A stretch of 63,731 bases of DNA, filler included, from Octopus bimaculoides (GCF_001194135.2; 9 parts of 8 records of this genome joined end to end with filler, not necessarily neighbours in it), one strand, 5' to 3'. Numbered from the whole stretch's first letter, positions 38,304 to 51,977 are shown. Made by a program: numbers and translations. The notes: generated from the letters alone by a model not told the origin.

Positions 38304-38364
38304 TGTGTGTGTGTGTGCGTGCGTGTGCACGCGCGTGCATGTATGTATGCACACATACATAGGC

Positions 38365-38561
38365 GTAATGTGACTGTGTGGTAAAAAAATTTGCTTCCCA
38401 ACCACATGGTTCTGGGTTCAGTCCCACTGCATGGCATTTTAGGTAAGTGTCTTTTCTATAGCCTCAGGCCAAGCAATGCCTTGTGAGTGGATCTGGAAGA
38501 CGGAAACTGAAAGAAGACCATATTGTGTATGTGAGGAAGGGGTCATGTATGTATGTATATG

Positions 38562-38604
<43 letters not shown>

Positions 38605-38708
38605 ATATTTCTGTGTGTCTTTATGTCAGTGTTTATCCCACACCACCACTTGACAAACGCTGTTGGTGTGTTTACGTCCCCATAACTTAGTGGTTCGGCA
38701 AAGAGGCA
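38365..38708 (+). mobile_element. CORE-type SINE with internal (TG)n
   Basis: gtgactgtgtggtaa...catggttctgggttcagtcccactgcatggc...gtgtttacgtccccataacttagtggttcggc. Confidence 0.85.
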
Positions 38709-39169
38709 GGATGCAAGGTATCTTCAATGTCATCAGATGTTTACAGCCTTCTGCTGGTCATACAATGCAGTCAGTGCATGTTCCATAATCACGTTCTATA
38801 GAGGCTTAGTAGTAGACAAGGGTGAGAATGTCCTCAGGGAAATGATGATAATCAACTTGCTATCTTTTCCAGAGGACTTTTGGCTGTAGCCCATGCATAA
38901 TTTCCAGAATTCCTCAGCCCAGCAGTGCTCTCAGGGAGCATGGCCAATTTGGTATAAACACTACAGGCATGACTATGCTGTCAGCCATACTTGTCTGAAA
39001 TGCATATAGAGTAGAAAAATGTCTTGCACACACTCACCCAGTGCTCCAGCATTGCTGACTTATACAGTTATGTTGAACAATTGCTATCATGTGTGAGACA
39101 CTTTATGTGTGTCCCTATTCCCTGTCACCCAGTTGGCAAACAAAAGAAATTGTTATTGTTCTTGTTCTT

Positions 39170-39800
39170 TTAACTTAGATTTTGTTGGAATTCCTAGAAA
39201 CTTGCATGTACCGTAGCAATTTGTTCTCTTCAACTATTTGGTGATGATTCCTGATAATTCTAAATGTGCCAAGGAGGCAACACCTCAACCAGACGCTCTA
39301 TTCCCATTGCTTTTATGTTCCTCTCAATACCTTTTGATACTGTCCTCAAAGCCCCAACAATAATTTATACTAGCTTCATCTTTTTTGTCTTCTACAGTCA
39401 GGCTATCTCGTATTTAAGTGGACCTACTTTCTTGACTTCCTTCTTAACTATATGTGGGTCAAACGGGCATGCAACATCAATTATAGAATACATGTGGCTT
39501 ACTTTGTCCAACACCACTAGGTCCAGTTTGTTGTGCTCAAACACCTCATCCTTTTTGTTTTATTCAAGCACCTGGTCCGTTTGAATTGGAAAATCAGACA
39601 GGACTTTGTAAGTTTCCAACTCAATCACTCTCTACAGATTGTGGTCTTACCATGTCTTACCACTCTCTAAACCCAACTTTTTAATTTCCAATGCAAAACT
39701 TTTGCTACCTCATCATGTTGCTACAACTTATACTAATTTTGGGCAAGTCTAGGGCATCATTTACAATATGGGTAATAGTTTCATTGAGCCCATTGCAAAT
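39170..39800 (-). mobile_element. R4/Dong-like REL region (degenerate)
   Basis: Minus-strand remnants C..LAQN*YK..QHDEVAKVLHWKL, DVACPFD-like gatgttgcatgcccgtttgacc, and a terminal CLLGTFRII. Confidence 0.7.
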
Positions 39801-40109
39801 TTAGCACAATGGAGATAATTACTTCTAAGACTGACCCTCCAATTTGTGGTCAAACTTGATCTTGCAATGCAACTATAATGCTGTCAGTCTCCTTTTTAAG
39901 TGCTCCTTTTTTTGACCAGTTCTACATATGTTCTTCAACAACTTTTGTGGCTACTTGGAATCAATTATGTAGTCTCTTGTTACATACTGCTTCTTCATAT
40001 TCTTTTCGTACTTCATGTTTTATTCTTTTCTTTTTCCCTGCATTCAATATACTCTTTTCTATAACCGACACTAACAAGGTTTCCTCACTTTGGGTTAGAT
40101 ATATCAGCA

Positions 40110-40317
40110 AGTTCCCAGCAATCTCGCAGAATCATTAGCACACTGGACAAAATGTGTAACAGTATTTCATCTATCTTTATATTCTATGTTCAAATTCAGC
40201 TGAGGTCGACTTTGCCTTTCATCCTTTCAGAGTCAATAAAATAAGTACTAGTTGAATGCTGAGTTGATGTATTCAACTTCACTCCTCCCTCGAAATTGAT
40301 GGCCTTGTGCCAAAAGC
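40110..40317 (+). mobile_element. Meta-domain SINE
   Basis: ttcaaattcagctgaggtcgactttgcctttcatcctttcagagtcaataaaataagtactag. Confidence 0.85.
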
Positions 40318-40329
40318 TCTTGATTTTGC

Positions 40330-40620
40330 TTGCTCTAATTAATTCTGTAAAAGTGGACAGCAACCTGTTATCAAAGGTCTCATAGGGTCTTTCCTCTCAT
40401 GCCATGATTGGAACATCCATGTACCAATCTCAAGGTCCTCACTGTCCCAATAAAGTAGTTTTCTGAGCATGTTCTACTCTCATATTGATCCCAATTTCTC
40501 AAACAAATTTCTCAAACCTAGTTGTTAATGTCCCCTGTGCTCCTACAACCACTGGGATGACAGTTGCTCTCTTCGTTACCCAAATTGATGCAATCTCATC
40601 TTTTAGTGACTTGTACTTGT
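40330..40620 (-). mobile_element. R4/Dong-like 3' fragment
   Basis: KYKSLKDEIASIWVTKRATVIPVVVGAQGTLTTRFEKFV/EKLGINMRVEHAQKTTLLG. Confidence 0.8.
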
Positions 40621-40859
40621 ACAACAGCAACAGCAGCAGCAACAACTCAACAACCACAACAACAATAATAACAGCAACAACAATATGAAAGAAATGAAAC
40701 ATAAAAATGCAAATATTGCCTCTGTGTCTTTTGCATCTACGGCGGAAAATATGGAAAGTTTCCACATAAATGAAGAAGAATTAAAATAGGCAAAACAAAT
40801 TGTAAAAAGAAATGGGAGAAGGGTAGCTCTAAATGCTCCATCCGACATGATTGAAAATA

Positions 40860-41300
40860 TCACAAGATGTACAGTAACATACCATTGCATCAGAGTTAAG
40901 TCTCAGCAGGTGGAAAATGTTCCTGAGAGCCTTTTGGGCTTGGGCATGTGTGGGAACAAAAGACCCATATCACCTGTAATGTCAATTTGCATGCACAACA
41001 GAGTGTAAGCATCTTGAGAGAAAAGTTAGACATAAGAGGAATTACATGTGGTGTGCAAAAGAGAGGACTGCACTGGTATAGTCATAGAATGTGTATGGAC
41101 AAGCACAATTGTGTAAAGAAGTGCCAATTTCTAACTGTGGAGGGAACCTGTGGTAGAGGTAGACCCAGGAAGACATGGGACAAGGTGATGAAACATGACC
41201 TTCGAACTTTGAACTTCACAGAGGCAATGACTTGTGACTGAGACATTTGGCGGTGTGCTCTGCTTAAGAGAACCTATCAAGCCAAGCTCAGCATGGATGG
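40860..41300 (+). mobile_element. RTE LINE ORF C-terminus
   Basis: LREKLDIRGI..QKRGLHWYSHRMCM...VEGTCGRGRPRKTWDKVMKHDLRTL..*DIWR (RLRWxGHxxRM...RGRPxKTW motif). Confidence 0.85.
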
Positions 41301-41355
41301 AAACCACACGTTGTGCAAAAGGGCAAAAGCTCGCTCGATCTCGATTTTCAATCAA

Positions 41356-41553
41356 CCTTTGAGTGTTAAGCCTAATGGAGGCAAAGTGGCTGAGTACCTT
41401 TCAAGCATTGGGCCTGACGGAGGCAAAGTGGCTGAGTTCCTTTCAAGTGTTGGGCTTCATGGAGGTGAAGTGGCAGAGTTCCTTTCGAGCGTTGGGCCTC
41501 ATGGAGGCAAAGTGGCCGAGCTCCTTTTGAGTGTTGGGCCTCACAGAGGCAAT
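41356..41553 (+). repeat. 42-bp minisatellite, 5 units
   Basis: Units start at 41356, 41397, 41439, 41481 and 41523; consensus cctttcgagcgttgggcctcatggaggcaaagtggctgagtt. Confidence 0.92.
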
Positions 41554-41838
41554 GACCAAGACTTTTGGCATTATATCGTGCTTGAGAAGAAGACCCATCA
41601 AGACAAGCAAAATCACAGTCATGGCAGGTACCGGTGTCACACAAATGGCTACCGTGCCAGTGGCACATAAAAGCACCCATTACAATTTCAAAATGGTTGG
41701 TGTTAGGAAGGGCATCCAGCCATAGAAAACCATACCAGATCAAACTGGATCCTGGTGCAGCCTTCTAGCATACTAGCTCAGTCAAACCGTCCAACCCATG
41801 CCAGCATGGACAACAGATGTTAAATGATGATGATGATG
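41523..41838 (+). mobile_element. RTE 3' end/3' UTR with (GAT)n tail
   Basis: tggttggtgttaggaagggcatccagc...ccaacccatgccagcatgga...gttaaatgatgatgatgatg; homologous to 54037-54225 on the minus strand. Confidence 0.85.
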
Positions 41839-42185
41839 TGAGTGAAAGTTGCAAAAATGGCAAGAGTGGATGATACCACTCTTACTGTAGACCTGTTAGT
41901 CAGAAGAAAGAAGTTGGAGAGAGCTCTCGTATTCAGGGTGATCTTGGATGGTGGGATTCCTTGATTATTCCTAGAGGTCCTCCTGTATCGGGATGGAGAG
42001 ACGGGTACCATCACTATCACATTTCTCCTTCTTTTTCTAGTTTTGTATACTATGTATACTTCCCTTCTAATGTATACTGTATATACTTTTTTATTTTATC
42101 ATTACATTATATGTAAACCCCAACACTTTATGTCTGTCTTTTTTTAGTGCCCCTCATCCTTCGCCCTGGTGGCAAATAAAAGAAA

Positions 42186-42236
<51 letters not shown>
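41839..42236 (+). mobile_element. Probable L1/Tx1 LINE 3' end with AATAAA and (ATT)n tail
   Basis: VKVAKMARVDDTTLTVDL remnant, T-rich UTR, aataaa at about 42174, then (ATT)n. Confidence 0.4.
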
Positions 42237-42238
<2 letters not shown>

Positions 42239-42397
42239 GAAAGGATTGAGGTAACTCCTCCTGAAGATATAGTCAAAACTAAAAGAAGAGTGCTGTTNNN
42301 NNNNNNNNNNNNNNNNNNNNNNNNNNNNNNNNNNNNNNNNNTTAATTAATTAANNNNNNNNNNNNNNNNNNNNNNNNNNNNNNNNNNNNNNNNNNNN

Positions 42398-42429
<32 letters not shown>

Positions 42430-42581
42430 GTGTGTGTAATATATGTGAATATGTGCGTGTATATGCATATATGGCCATACATATATATGATCTCACACAT
42501 GAATGTAATTATATCTGCAAGAACACTGCATGCGCGTGCGTACACACACACACACATACACACATGTATACTTTAATACAG

Positions 42582-42632
<51 letters not shown>

Positions 42633-43372
42633 NNNNNNNNNNNNNNNNNNNNNNNNNNNNNNNNNNNNNNNNNNNNNNNNNNNNNNNNNNNNNNNNNNNN
42701 NNNNNNNNNNNNNNNNNNNNNNNNNNNNNNNNNNNNNNNNNNNNNNNNNNNNNNNNNNNNNNNNNNNNNNNNNNNNNNNNNNNNNNNNNNNNNNNNNNNN
42801 NNNNNNNNNNNNNNNNNNNNNNNNNNNNNNNNNNNNNNNNNNNNNNNNNNNNNNNNNNNNNNNNNNNNNNNNNNNNNNNNNNNNNNNNNNNNNNNNNNNN
42901 NNNNNNNNNNNNNNNNNNNNNNNNNNNNNNNNNNNNNNNNNNNNNNNNNNNNNNNNNNNNNNNNNNNNNNNNNNNNNNNNNNNNNNNNNNNNNNNNNNNN
43001 NNNNNNNNNNNNNNNNNNNNNNNNNNNNNNNNNNNNNNNNNNNNNNNNNNNNNNNNNNNNNNNNNNNNNNNNNNNNNNNNNNNNNNNNNNNNNNNNNNNN
43101 NNNNNNNNNNNNNNNNNNNNNNNNNNNNNNNNNNNNNNNNNNNNNNNNNNNNNNNNNNNNNNNNNNNNNNNNNNNNNNNNNNNNNNNNNNNNNNNNNNNN
43201 NNNNNNNNNNNNNNNNNNNNNNNNNNNNNNNNNNNNNNNNNNNNNNNNNNNNNNNNNNNNNNNNNNNNNNNNNNNNNNNNNNNNNNNNNNNNNNNNNNNN
43301 NNNNNNNNNNNNNNNNNNNNNNNNNNNNNNNNNNNNNNNNNNNNNNNNNNNNNNNNNNNNNNNNNNNNNNNN

Positions 43373-43412
<40 letters not shown>

Positions 43413-45245
43413 CAATTAATAAGATGAATGATCTCTAAAGTAGATTCCTATGCGCTAGAGACAGACGTCAAATCGCCTTACCACAAGGAGTGTGTTCTCA
43501 AGAAAAAAAAACACCAATCGCCAAAATGTAAAAAAAATAAGCAAGGCAAATGAAAATTTACAAAATAAATCGATTACCTACGTATCCTGATTTTACTATT
43601 AATACTTGCAAAATGCAAAATGCAAATACCTGTAAATCCTCAGCGTAGCCTGTCGTATTTCAAAACACATTTCACAGAACAATACACAGAAACGTTTCTG
43701 TGGACTTTCCCTTCTCTTTCGAACGAAGCGCTATGCTCGAAACGTTGAAAACCCACTCTTTTTTCCCACCTTGACTGAGCGTCAATACGCACGCCCTCTT
43801 GGTATTTTGTTATCATTAATGTTCGATTGTTAATGTTCAACTGTTAATGTTCGTTTTAACGACATATGTGTGTGTATGATTAATTAACATATTAGGGTAA
43901 AAAAAAATTGGATATTAATTAATATCAATTTAAATACCAGGAAACCAGCACATTAAAAGAATCAGAAGATTCAGAAAAAATGTTCTGAGATCTCAAAAGG
44001 ATTATTGTATATACATATGTGTGTGTATGTGTATATGTGTATGTATGTGTATGCATGTATGTGTGTTTGTATAGTTTACCGTTCCGTTATATGCAGGGTC
44101 AACAAACATACTCCATAGACACAATTTTATACAAGAGATGTTACTTGTCTTGTTTTAAACGCGACTTAATGTCGAGTTTATGTGAAAATTCCAGCTGACT
44201 TCTTTGATCTTAGAAAATGATTTCATTTATTTATTTATTTATTTATTTATTTAGCTGTTTGGTGCCGCTTAAATGAATATCCAGTGTATACACTTCCCGC
44301 CGCGACGCTTTACTCGACTATGATAGGTTCAGAATGCAAAAACTGATGAAGATGTTTTCAAAAAGCTNNNNNNNNNNNNNNNNNNNNNNNNNNNNNNNNN
44401 NNNNNNNNNNNNNNNNNNNNNNNNNNNNNNNNNNNNNNNNNNNNNNNNNNNNNNNNNNNNNNNNNNNNNNNNNNNNNNNNNNNNNNNNNNNNNNNNNNNN
44501 NNNNNNNNNNNNNNNNNNNNNNNNNNNNNNNNNNNNNNNNNNNNNNNNNNNNNNNNNNNNNNNNNNNNNNNNNNNNNNNNNNNNNNNNNNNNNNNNNNNN
44601 NNNNNNNNNNNNNNNNNNNNNNNNNNNNNNNNNNNNNNNNNNNNNNNNNNNNNNNNNNNNNNNNNNNNNNNNNNNNNNNNNNNNNNNNNNNNNNNNNNNN
44701 NNNNNNNNNNNNNNNNNNNNNNNNNNNNNNNNNNNNNNNNNNNNNNNNNNNNNNNNNNNNNNNNNNNNNNNNNNNNNNNNNNNNNNNNNNNNNNNNNAAG
44801 TGAGTGTCTGGTTGGGGAGACGGATGGAGAGCTCAGTAGATGAGCTCTCCAAGGCTGGTAGTGGTGCGCAGGGAAGCGCTGGGGGGTGGGTGGTGGAGCC
44901 GTGTGAAAGGGCGCGCAGGGGGTGGGGAAGGGAGTCAAACGTATTATTTCCTTCACACCTTGTAATTGCATCTCCTGATCAATCCGACACACACACACAC
45001 AAGCTGATCCTTAATACTTCAAATCTTCTCCTCGTCACGCCCACCCCTTCCACACCTTTCAGCCTCTACCCACGCTGTCACTTCATCACCGTAGCAACAC
45101 CTATAACCCCTAAACCCATAAATGCATCCTCCCCACCCTGAACCCAAACCTAACCTTAACAAAACACCTATTTATCTACTCATCGCTACCCCTCCAATAT
45201 ATCTATCTGTCCATGTATCTATCCATCTATTTCCCTGGTTTTCTT

Positions 45246-45278
<33 letters not shown>

Positions 45279-46808
45279 TTATCTATCTATCTGTCTGTCT
45301 GTCTGTCTGTCTGTCTGTATGTATGTCTCATCTATCTATCTATCTATCCATCTATATCTATCTATCTATCTACCTACCTACCTATCTATTTATCAATCTA
45401 TCTATTTATCTATCTATCTATATGTGCGTATGTGCGTGCATGTGTGTGTGTGTATCTCTCTATACTCATATGTCTCCGTATATATGTATCAACTTGTCTA
45501 TCTATGAATCTCTCTCTACCTACCTACCTACCTACCTACCTACCTACCTACCTTTCTATCTATCTACTTACCTGCAGATACCTACAGACATACATACAGA
45601 TAAATAGATAGACAGATAACTATGTGTGTATGTAGCTATTCATATACGTATGTATACCTACATCTATCTATCTATCTATCTACCTAAAAAGATATCTATC
45701 CATCTATCCATCTATCTACCTATCTATCTATCCTATCACAACCCTCATTTTTGTTTTACTCTCCAACATAACTTCACCACCACCGTCACACTCTGCACCC
45801 GGGGTGGATAGATATATCGGGAGTAGGTAGCCGAGAGCGGGGTGGCGAAGTGNNNNNNNNNNNNNNNNNNNNNNNNNNNNNNNNNNNNNNNNNNNNNNNN
45901 NNNNNNNNNNNNNNNNNNNNNNNNNNNNNNNNNNNNNNNNNNNNNNNNNNNNNNNNNNNNNNNNNNNNNNNNNNNNNNNNNNNNNNNNNNNNNNNNNNNN
46001 NNNNNNNNNNNNNNNNNNNNNNNNNNNNNNNNNNNNNNNNNNNNNNNNNNNNNNNNNNNNNNNNNNNNNNNNNNNNNNNNNNNNNNNNNNNNNNNNNNNN
46101 NNNNNNNNNNNNNNNNNNNNNNNNNNNNNNNNNNNNNNNNNNNNNNNNNNNNNNNNNNNNNNNNNNNNNNNNNNNNNNNNNNNNNNNNNNNNNNNNNNNN
46201 NNNNNNNNNNNNNNNNNNNNNNNNNNNNNNNNNNNNNNNNNNNNNNNNNNNNNNNNNNNNNNNNNNNNNNNNNNNNNNNNNNNNNNNNNNNNNNNNNNNN
46301 NNNNNNNNNNNNNNNNNNNNNNNNNNNNNNNNNNNNNNNNNNNNNNNNNNNNNNNNNNNNNNNNNNNNNNNNNNNNNNNNNNNNNNNNNNNNNNNNNNNN
46401 NNNNNNNNNNNNNNNNNNNNNNNNNNNNNNNNNNNNNNNNNNNNNNNNNNNNNNNNNNNNNNNNNNNNNNNNNNNNNNNNNNNNNNNNNNNNNNNNNNNN
46501 NNNNNNNNNNNNNNNNNNNNNNNNNNNNNNNNNNNNNNNNNNNNNNNNNNNNNNNNNNNNNNNNNNNNNNNNNNNNNNNNNNNNNNNNNNNNNNNNNNNN
46601 NNNNNNNNNNNNNNNNNNNNNNNNNNNNNNNNNNNNNNNNNNNNNNNNNNNNNNNNNNNNNNNNNNNNNNNNNNNNNNNNNNNNNNNNNNNNNNNNNNNN
46701 NNNNNNNNNNNNNNNNNNNNNNNNNNNNNNNNNNNNNNNNNNNNNNNNNNNNNNNNNNNNNNNNNNNNNNNNNNNNNNNNNNNNNNNNNNNNNNNNNNNN
46801 NNNNNNNT

Positions 46809-46855
46809 GGTGGTGGTGGTGGTGGTGATGGTGGTGATGGTGGTGCTTGAGGTGG

Positions 46856-46886
<31 letters not shown>

Positions 46887-46960
46887 GGTGATGGTGGTGA
46901 TGGTGGTGCTTGAGGTGGTTACCGGAGCTGCAATGATGATCATCATCATCATTATCAACT
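46809..46960. repeat. (GGT/GAT)n triplet array with a 63-bp internal duplication
   Basis: gcttgaggtggt recurs at 46845 and 46908. Confidence 0.8.
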
Positions 46961-47049
46961 TCCAAGTCTTATTCTTGCTGTTACTGTTGTGGTTCTCCCT
47001 GATATTTCTACAGAATTCTTTATTATTAGGCACACAACACACACACACA

Positions 47050-47136
<87 letters not shown>

Positions 47137-47407
47137 CCATGCACACATACACACACCTACACGAACAGATACGCATACATACAACAACAAATGTGCATAT
47201 GTGTGTAGGAGGTGCGTGTGTGTGACAGACAGACAGACAGACAGACAGATACTATTCAGAGTCATTCTAATTAACACCTTATTACTGAAGTTGTAACTTA
47301 ATACGTCTGTCAATGTTTCGGTCTGTCTGTCTTTCTATCCGTCCATCTATCTATCTAACTGTGTATCTATCTGTCTCCTCCCCGGCTCTTCTGTCTCTCA
47401 TATCTCC

Positions 47408-47455
<48 letters not shown>

Positions 47456-47478
47456 TTATCTATCTATCTATGTCTATC

Positions 47479-47518
<40 letters not shown>

Positions 47519-47807
47519 NNNNNNNNNNNNNNNNNNNNNNNNNNNNNNNNNNNNNNNNNNNNNNNNNNNNNNNNNNNNNNNNNNNNNNNNNNNNNNNNNN
47601 NNNNNNNNNNNNNNNNNNNNNNNNNNNNNNNNNNNNNNNNNNNNNNNNNNNNNNNNNNNNNNNNNNNNNNNNNNNNNNNNNNNNNNNNNNNNNNNNNNNN
47701 NNNNNNNNNNNNNNNNNNNNNNNNNNNNNNNNNNNNNNNNNNNNNNNNNNNNNNNNNNNNNNNNNNNNNNNNNNNNNNNNNNNNNNNNNNNNNNNNNNNN
47801 NNNNNNN

Positions 47808-47902
<95 letters not shown>

Positions 47903-48474
47903 AGTAGGGAGATATATATAAATATAATAAATATAGAGAGAGAAAGATCGATAGACAGATTCATACACAAATACATATACATGTCTACATATATGCATAC
48001 ATTCATACATACATACACAAACATATATACATACATATACATGCATACATATATATACACACATACGTACATTCATACATACACATACTTACACTCTGAC
48101 CTACATACACACATACACAGACAGATATATACACATGCGACCATGTTCAATATTATTTTGTCCGTGTGTCTCCCACCCCACCCCCACCACATTACCAACG
48201 CCACCACCGCCCTCTCACTTCTTAACTCTAACTTCATTTTACGGTCTAACGAATAACAATAAATGGAAATAGTTACGGGTGGGTTCACCCGGGCATGGTT
48301 GATAAAGTAGTAAGTTGGACGGGTGGCAGAGTGACCGAATGGATCGGAAGACGGGTGGCCGAAGTGTCATATAAAGGTATTGTATTTTGTATGTATATTT
48401 ATTTGTATGTGTGTGAGTGTATGTATACACAATTCATGTATATTTATATGTATCGACGTATACAGGCACACACT

Positions 48475-48512
<38 letters not shown>

Positions 48513-48549
48513 CACACACACTCTTACATACAGCTCTGCCAAAGGACAG

Positions 48550-48583
<34 letters not shown>

Positions 48584-48645
48584 GTACATACGTACACATA
48601 TATAATAAAAATTCCACACACAGATAATTAGATAGATAGAGAGAG

Positions 48646-48678
<33 letters not shown>

Positions 48679-48819
48679 CATACATACATACATACATACA
48701 TACATACATGCATGCATACATACATACATACATACATACATACACACATACGTATATGCATGCAGACATACATACATACATACATACACCTGATGTACAT
48801 GCAGGTAAAGCCGTAAGGT

Positions 48820-49090
48820 GTGACAAACAGATGCAGACTTTGTGGAGTTCACACTGCAAGATATCACCCAGATCACATGCATTTGTCTGAAAATGTCATC
48901 ATGGTACTATCTACCGATTAGACATGGTGTTGTAGCTAGAACACTCTATAACGAAATCCGTCGGAAGGATAATCCCGAGGACAAAGAAATAAGAACCAAC
49001 AATATGGCAGAAACCATAGCCACTCATAATGAAAAGAAGTACTGGTGGAATGTCCCAATGAAAACCTCAATAAAATGTAAGCACAACTCG
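48820..49090 (+). mobile_element. R4/Dong-like (second subfamily) CCHC zinc-knuckle fragment
   Basis: RCRLCGVH/QDITQITCICLKMSSWYYLPIRHGVVARTLYNEIR...KYWWNVPMKTSIKCKHN. Preceded by (ATAC)n. Confidence 0.8.
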
Positions 49091-50154
49091 AATGGCATGT
49101 CTGTTGGTTTCGTTGGAATTTTAGGAAAATAAAAATAAGAAATAAGTGGAAATTTTAACGGTGAGTGTGCTAAATTTTAAGGCACAATAAGAAAATGACT
49201 CTCCCCAGACACAACAGAATATGCTCCAACACACGAAATCACATAAAAAATCTTGCAGACCAAATCCAAAAACGAAATATATATNNNNNNNNNNNNNNNN
49301 NNNNNNNNNNNNNNNNNNNNNNNNNNNNNNNNNNNNNNNNNNNNNNNNNNNNNNNNNNNNNNNNNNNNNNNNNNNNNNNNNNNNNNNNNNNNNNNNNNNN
49401 NNNNNNNNNNNNNNNNNNNNNNNNNNNNNNNNNNNNNNNNNNNNNNNNNNNNNNNNNNNNNNNNNNNNNNNNNNNNNNNNNNNNNNNNNNNNNNNNNNNN
49501 NNNNNNNNNNNNNNNNNNNNNNNNNNNNNNNNNNNNNNNNNNNNNNNNNNNNNNNNNNNNNNNNNNNNNNNNNNNNNNNNNNNNNNNNNNNNNNNNNNNN
49601 NNNNNNNNNNNNNNNNNNNNNNNNNNNNNNNNNNNNNNNNNNNNNNNNNNNNNNNNNNNNNNNNNNNNNNNNNNNNNNNNNNNNNNNNNNNNNNNNNNNN
49701 NNNNNNNNNNNNNNNNNNNNNNNNNNNNNNNNNNNNNNNNNNNNNNNNNNNNNNNNNNNNNNNNNNNNNNNNNNNNNNNNNNNNNNNNNNNNNNNNNNNN
49801 NNNNNNNNNNNNNNNNNNNNNNNNNNNNNNNNNNNNNNNNNNNNNNNNNNNNNNNNNNNNNNNNNNNNNNNNNNNNNNNNNNNNNNNNNNNNNNNNNNNN
49901 NNNNNNNNNNNNNNNNNNNNNNNNNNNNNNNNNNNNNNNNNNNNNNNNNNNNNNNNNNNNNNNNNNNNNNNNNNNNNNNNNNNNNNNNNNNNNNNNNNNN
50001 NNNNNNNNNNNNNNNNNNNNNNNNNNNNNNNNNNNNNNNNNNNNNNNNNNNNNNNNNNNNNNNNNNNNNNNNNNNNNNNNNNNNNNNNNNNNNNNNNNNN
50101 NNNNNNNNNNNNNNNNNNNNNNNNNNNNNNNNNNNNNNNNNNNNNNNNNNNNNN

Positions 50155-50191
<37 letters not shown>

Positions 50192-50496
50192 GATATATTT
50201 ATATATACAGACATATATATATATGTGTGTATATATATACATATATATATATGAGCATATATACACACACACATATATATAGTCTATGCATATATTTACA
50301 TACACACAGACACTGACGAATATAGATGCATACGTACATACCTACATACATGCAAATGTTTTATATGAATGTATGTATATGTATACATATATTTGCATAT
50401 GCTTATGGCTATGTATATACGTATGTGTATGTGTGTGTGTTTATGTGTGTGTATATATATATGCATATATATATATATATATNNNNNNNNNNTGTG

Positions 50497-50571
<75 letters not shown>

Positions 50572-51505
50572 CTCAGTTGACAAACGAGTAAGACACACGG
50601 TGAGACAGATGTAGTTCCGTTAGATAGTGCATAAGGAGGGCTCTGATTGGACGAACGTGGTCTATGACGTCACAGCTCATAGGTCAGAGATATACCACTT
50701 AAGCAAGTCCTTCACTTTCTGGTCATAATCACTTGACGTGAGGAGAAGGAGGCGGTGGTGGTAGTAGTGAAGGTGGTGATGGTGGTGGTGGTGGTGGTAG
50801 TGATGGTGGTGGTGGTGGTNNNNNNNNNNNNNNNNNNNNNNNNNNNNNNNNNNNNNNNNNNNNNNNNNNNNNNNNNNNNNNNNNNNNNNNNNNNNNNNNN
50901 NNNNNNNNNNNNNNNNNNNNNNNNNNNNNNNNNNNNNNNNNNNNNNNNNNNNNNNNNNNNNNNNNNNNNNNNNNNNNNNNNNNNNNNNNNNNNNNNNNNN
51001 NNNNNNNNNNNNNNNNNNNNNNNNNNNNNNNNNNNNNNNNNNNNNNNNNNNNNNNNNNNNNNNNNNNNNNNNNNNNNNNNNNNNNNNNNNNNNNNNNNNN
51101 NNNNNNNNNNNNNNNNNNNNNNNNNNNNNNNNNNNNNNNNNNNNNNNNNNNNNNNNNNNNNNNNNNNNNNNNNNNNNNNNNNNNNNNNNNNNNNNNNNNN
51201 NNNNNNNNNNNNNNNNNNNNNNNNNNNNNNNNNNNNNNNNNNNNNNNNNNNNNNNNNNNNNNNNNNNNNNNNNNNNNNNNNNNNNNNNNNNNNNNNNNNN
51301 NNNNNNNNNNNNNNNNNNNNNNNNNNNNNNNNNNNNNNNNNNNNNNNNNNNNNNNNNNNNNNNNNNNNNNNNNNNNNNNNNNNNNNNNNNNNNNNNNNNN
51401 NNNNNNNNNNNNNNNNNNNNNNNNNNNNNNNNNNNNNNNNNNNNNNNNNNNNNNNNNNNNNNNNNNNNNNNNNNNNNNNNNNNNNNNNNNNNNNNNNNNN
51501 NNNNG

Positions 51506-51780
51506 GCGCTGGTGGTGGTGTTGGTGGTGGTGTTAAATAGCGTGTTCTTGGTTGAAGTAGTGGCGGTAGAAGTGGTGGTCGTGGTAGTGGTGGCGGGTGT
51601 GGTAGTGATGCCCGTGATGCTGGTGGTTTGGGGCGTGGTGGTGGCGGTTGTAGTGGTAGGGGTGAGGGTGGTGTTTATTGGTTTAGTGCGTGGTGGTGGT
51701 CGTGGTGGTAGAAGATGTGAGTGCGGTAGTGGAGATTGTGGTGGTGGTGGTGGTGGCGTCAGTGGTAGTGCTATTCGTTG
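51506..51780. repeat. Degenerate (GGT)n array; reads Pro/Thr-rich on the minus strand
   Basis: Imperfect triplet repeat, continued across the gap at 50755-50819. Confidence 0.7.
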
Positions 51781-51977
51781 CATCCTTCTTTTCTAGTTTA
51801 ACCCGCATTCTGACCTATGATCAAAGAGAGTTCGACCGTGACCCACCCATCCATAAAAATGGGAAAGCAAAGGCGTATTAAATAATGTTGTCCCAGATTA
51901 TAACATGTCTGAAGATGGTGCCACAGCATGGCCGCTGCCGCCGCAGCTATAAATACACCGATGAATTAATAATATTG

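Noticed and set aside
41356-41553. Regular repeat arrays (42-bp, 28-bp, 27-bp, 21-bp) as possible CRISPR
   Set aside because: Units are contiguous with no unique spacers, there are no cas genes, and the context is eukaryotic.
45745-46965. Poly-His ORF and other long ORFs spanning N runs
   Set aside because: Their length comes from translating gaps, and the residues come from triplet microsatellites.
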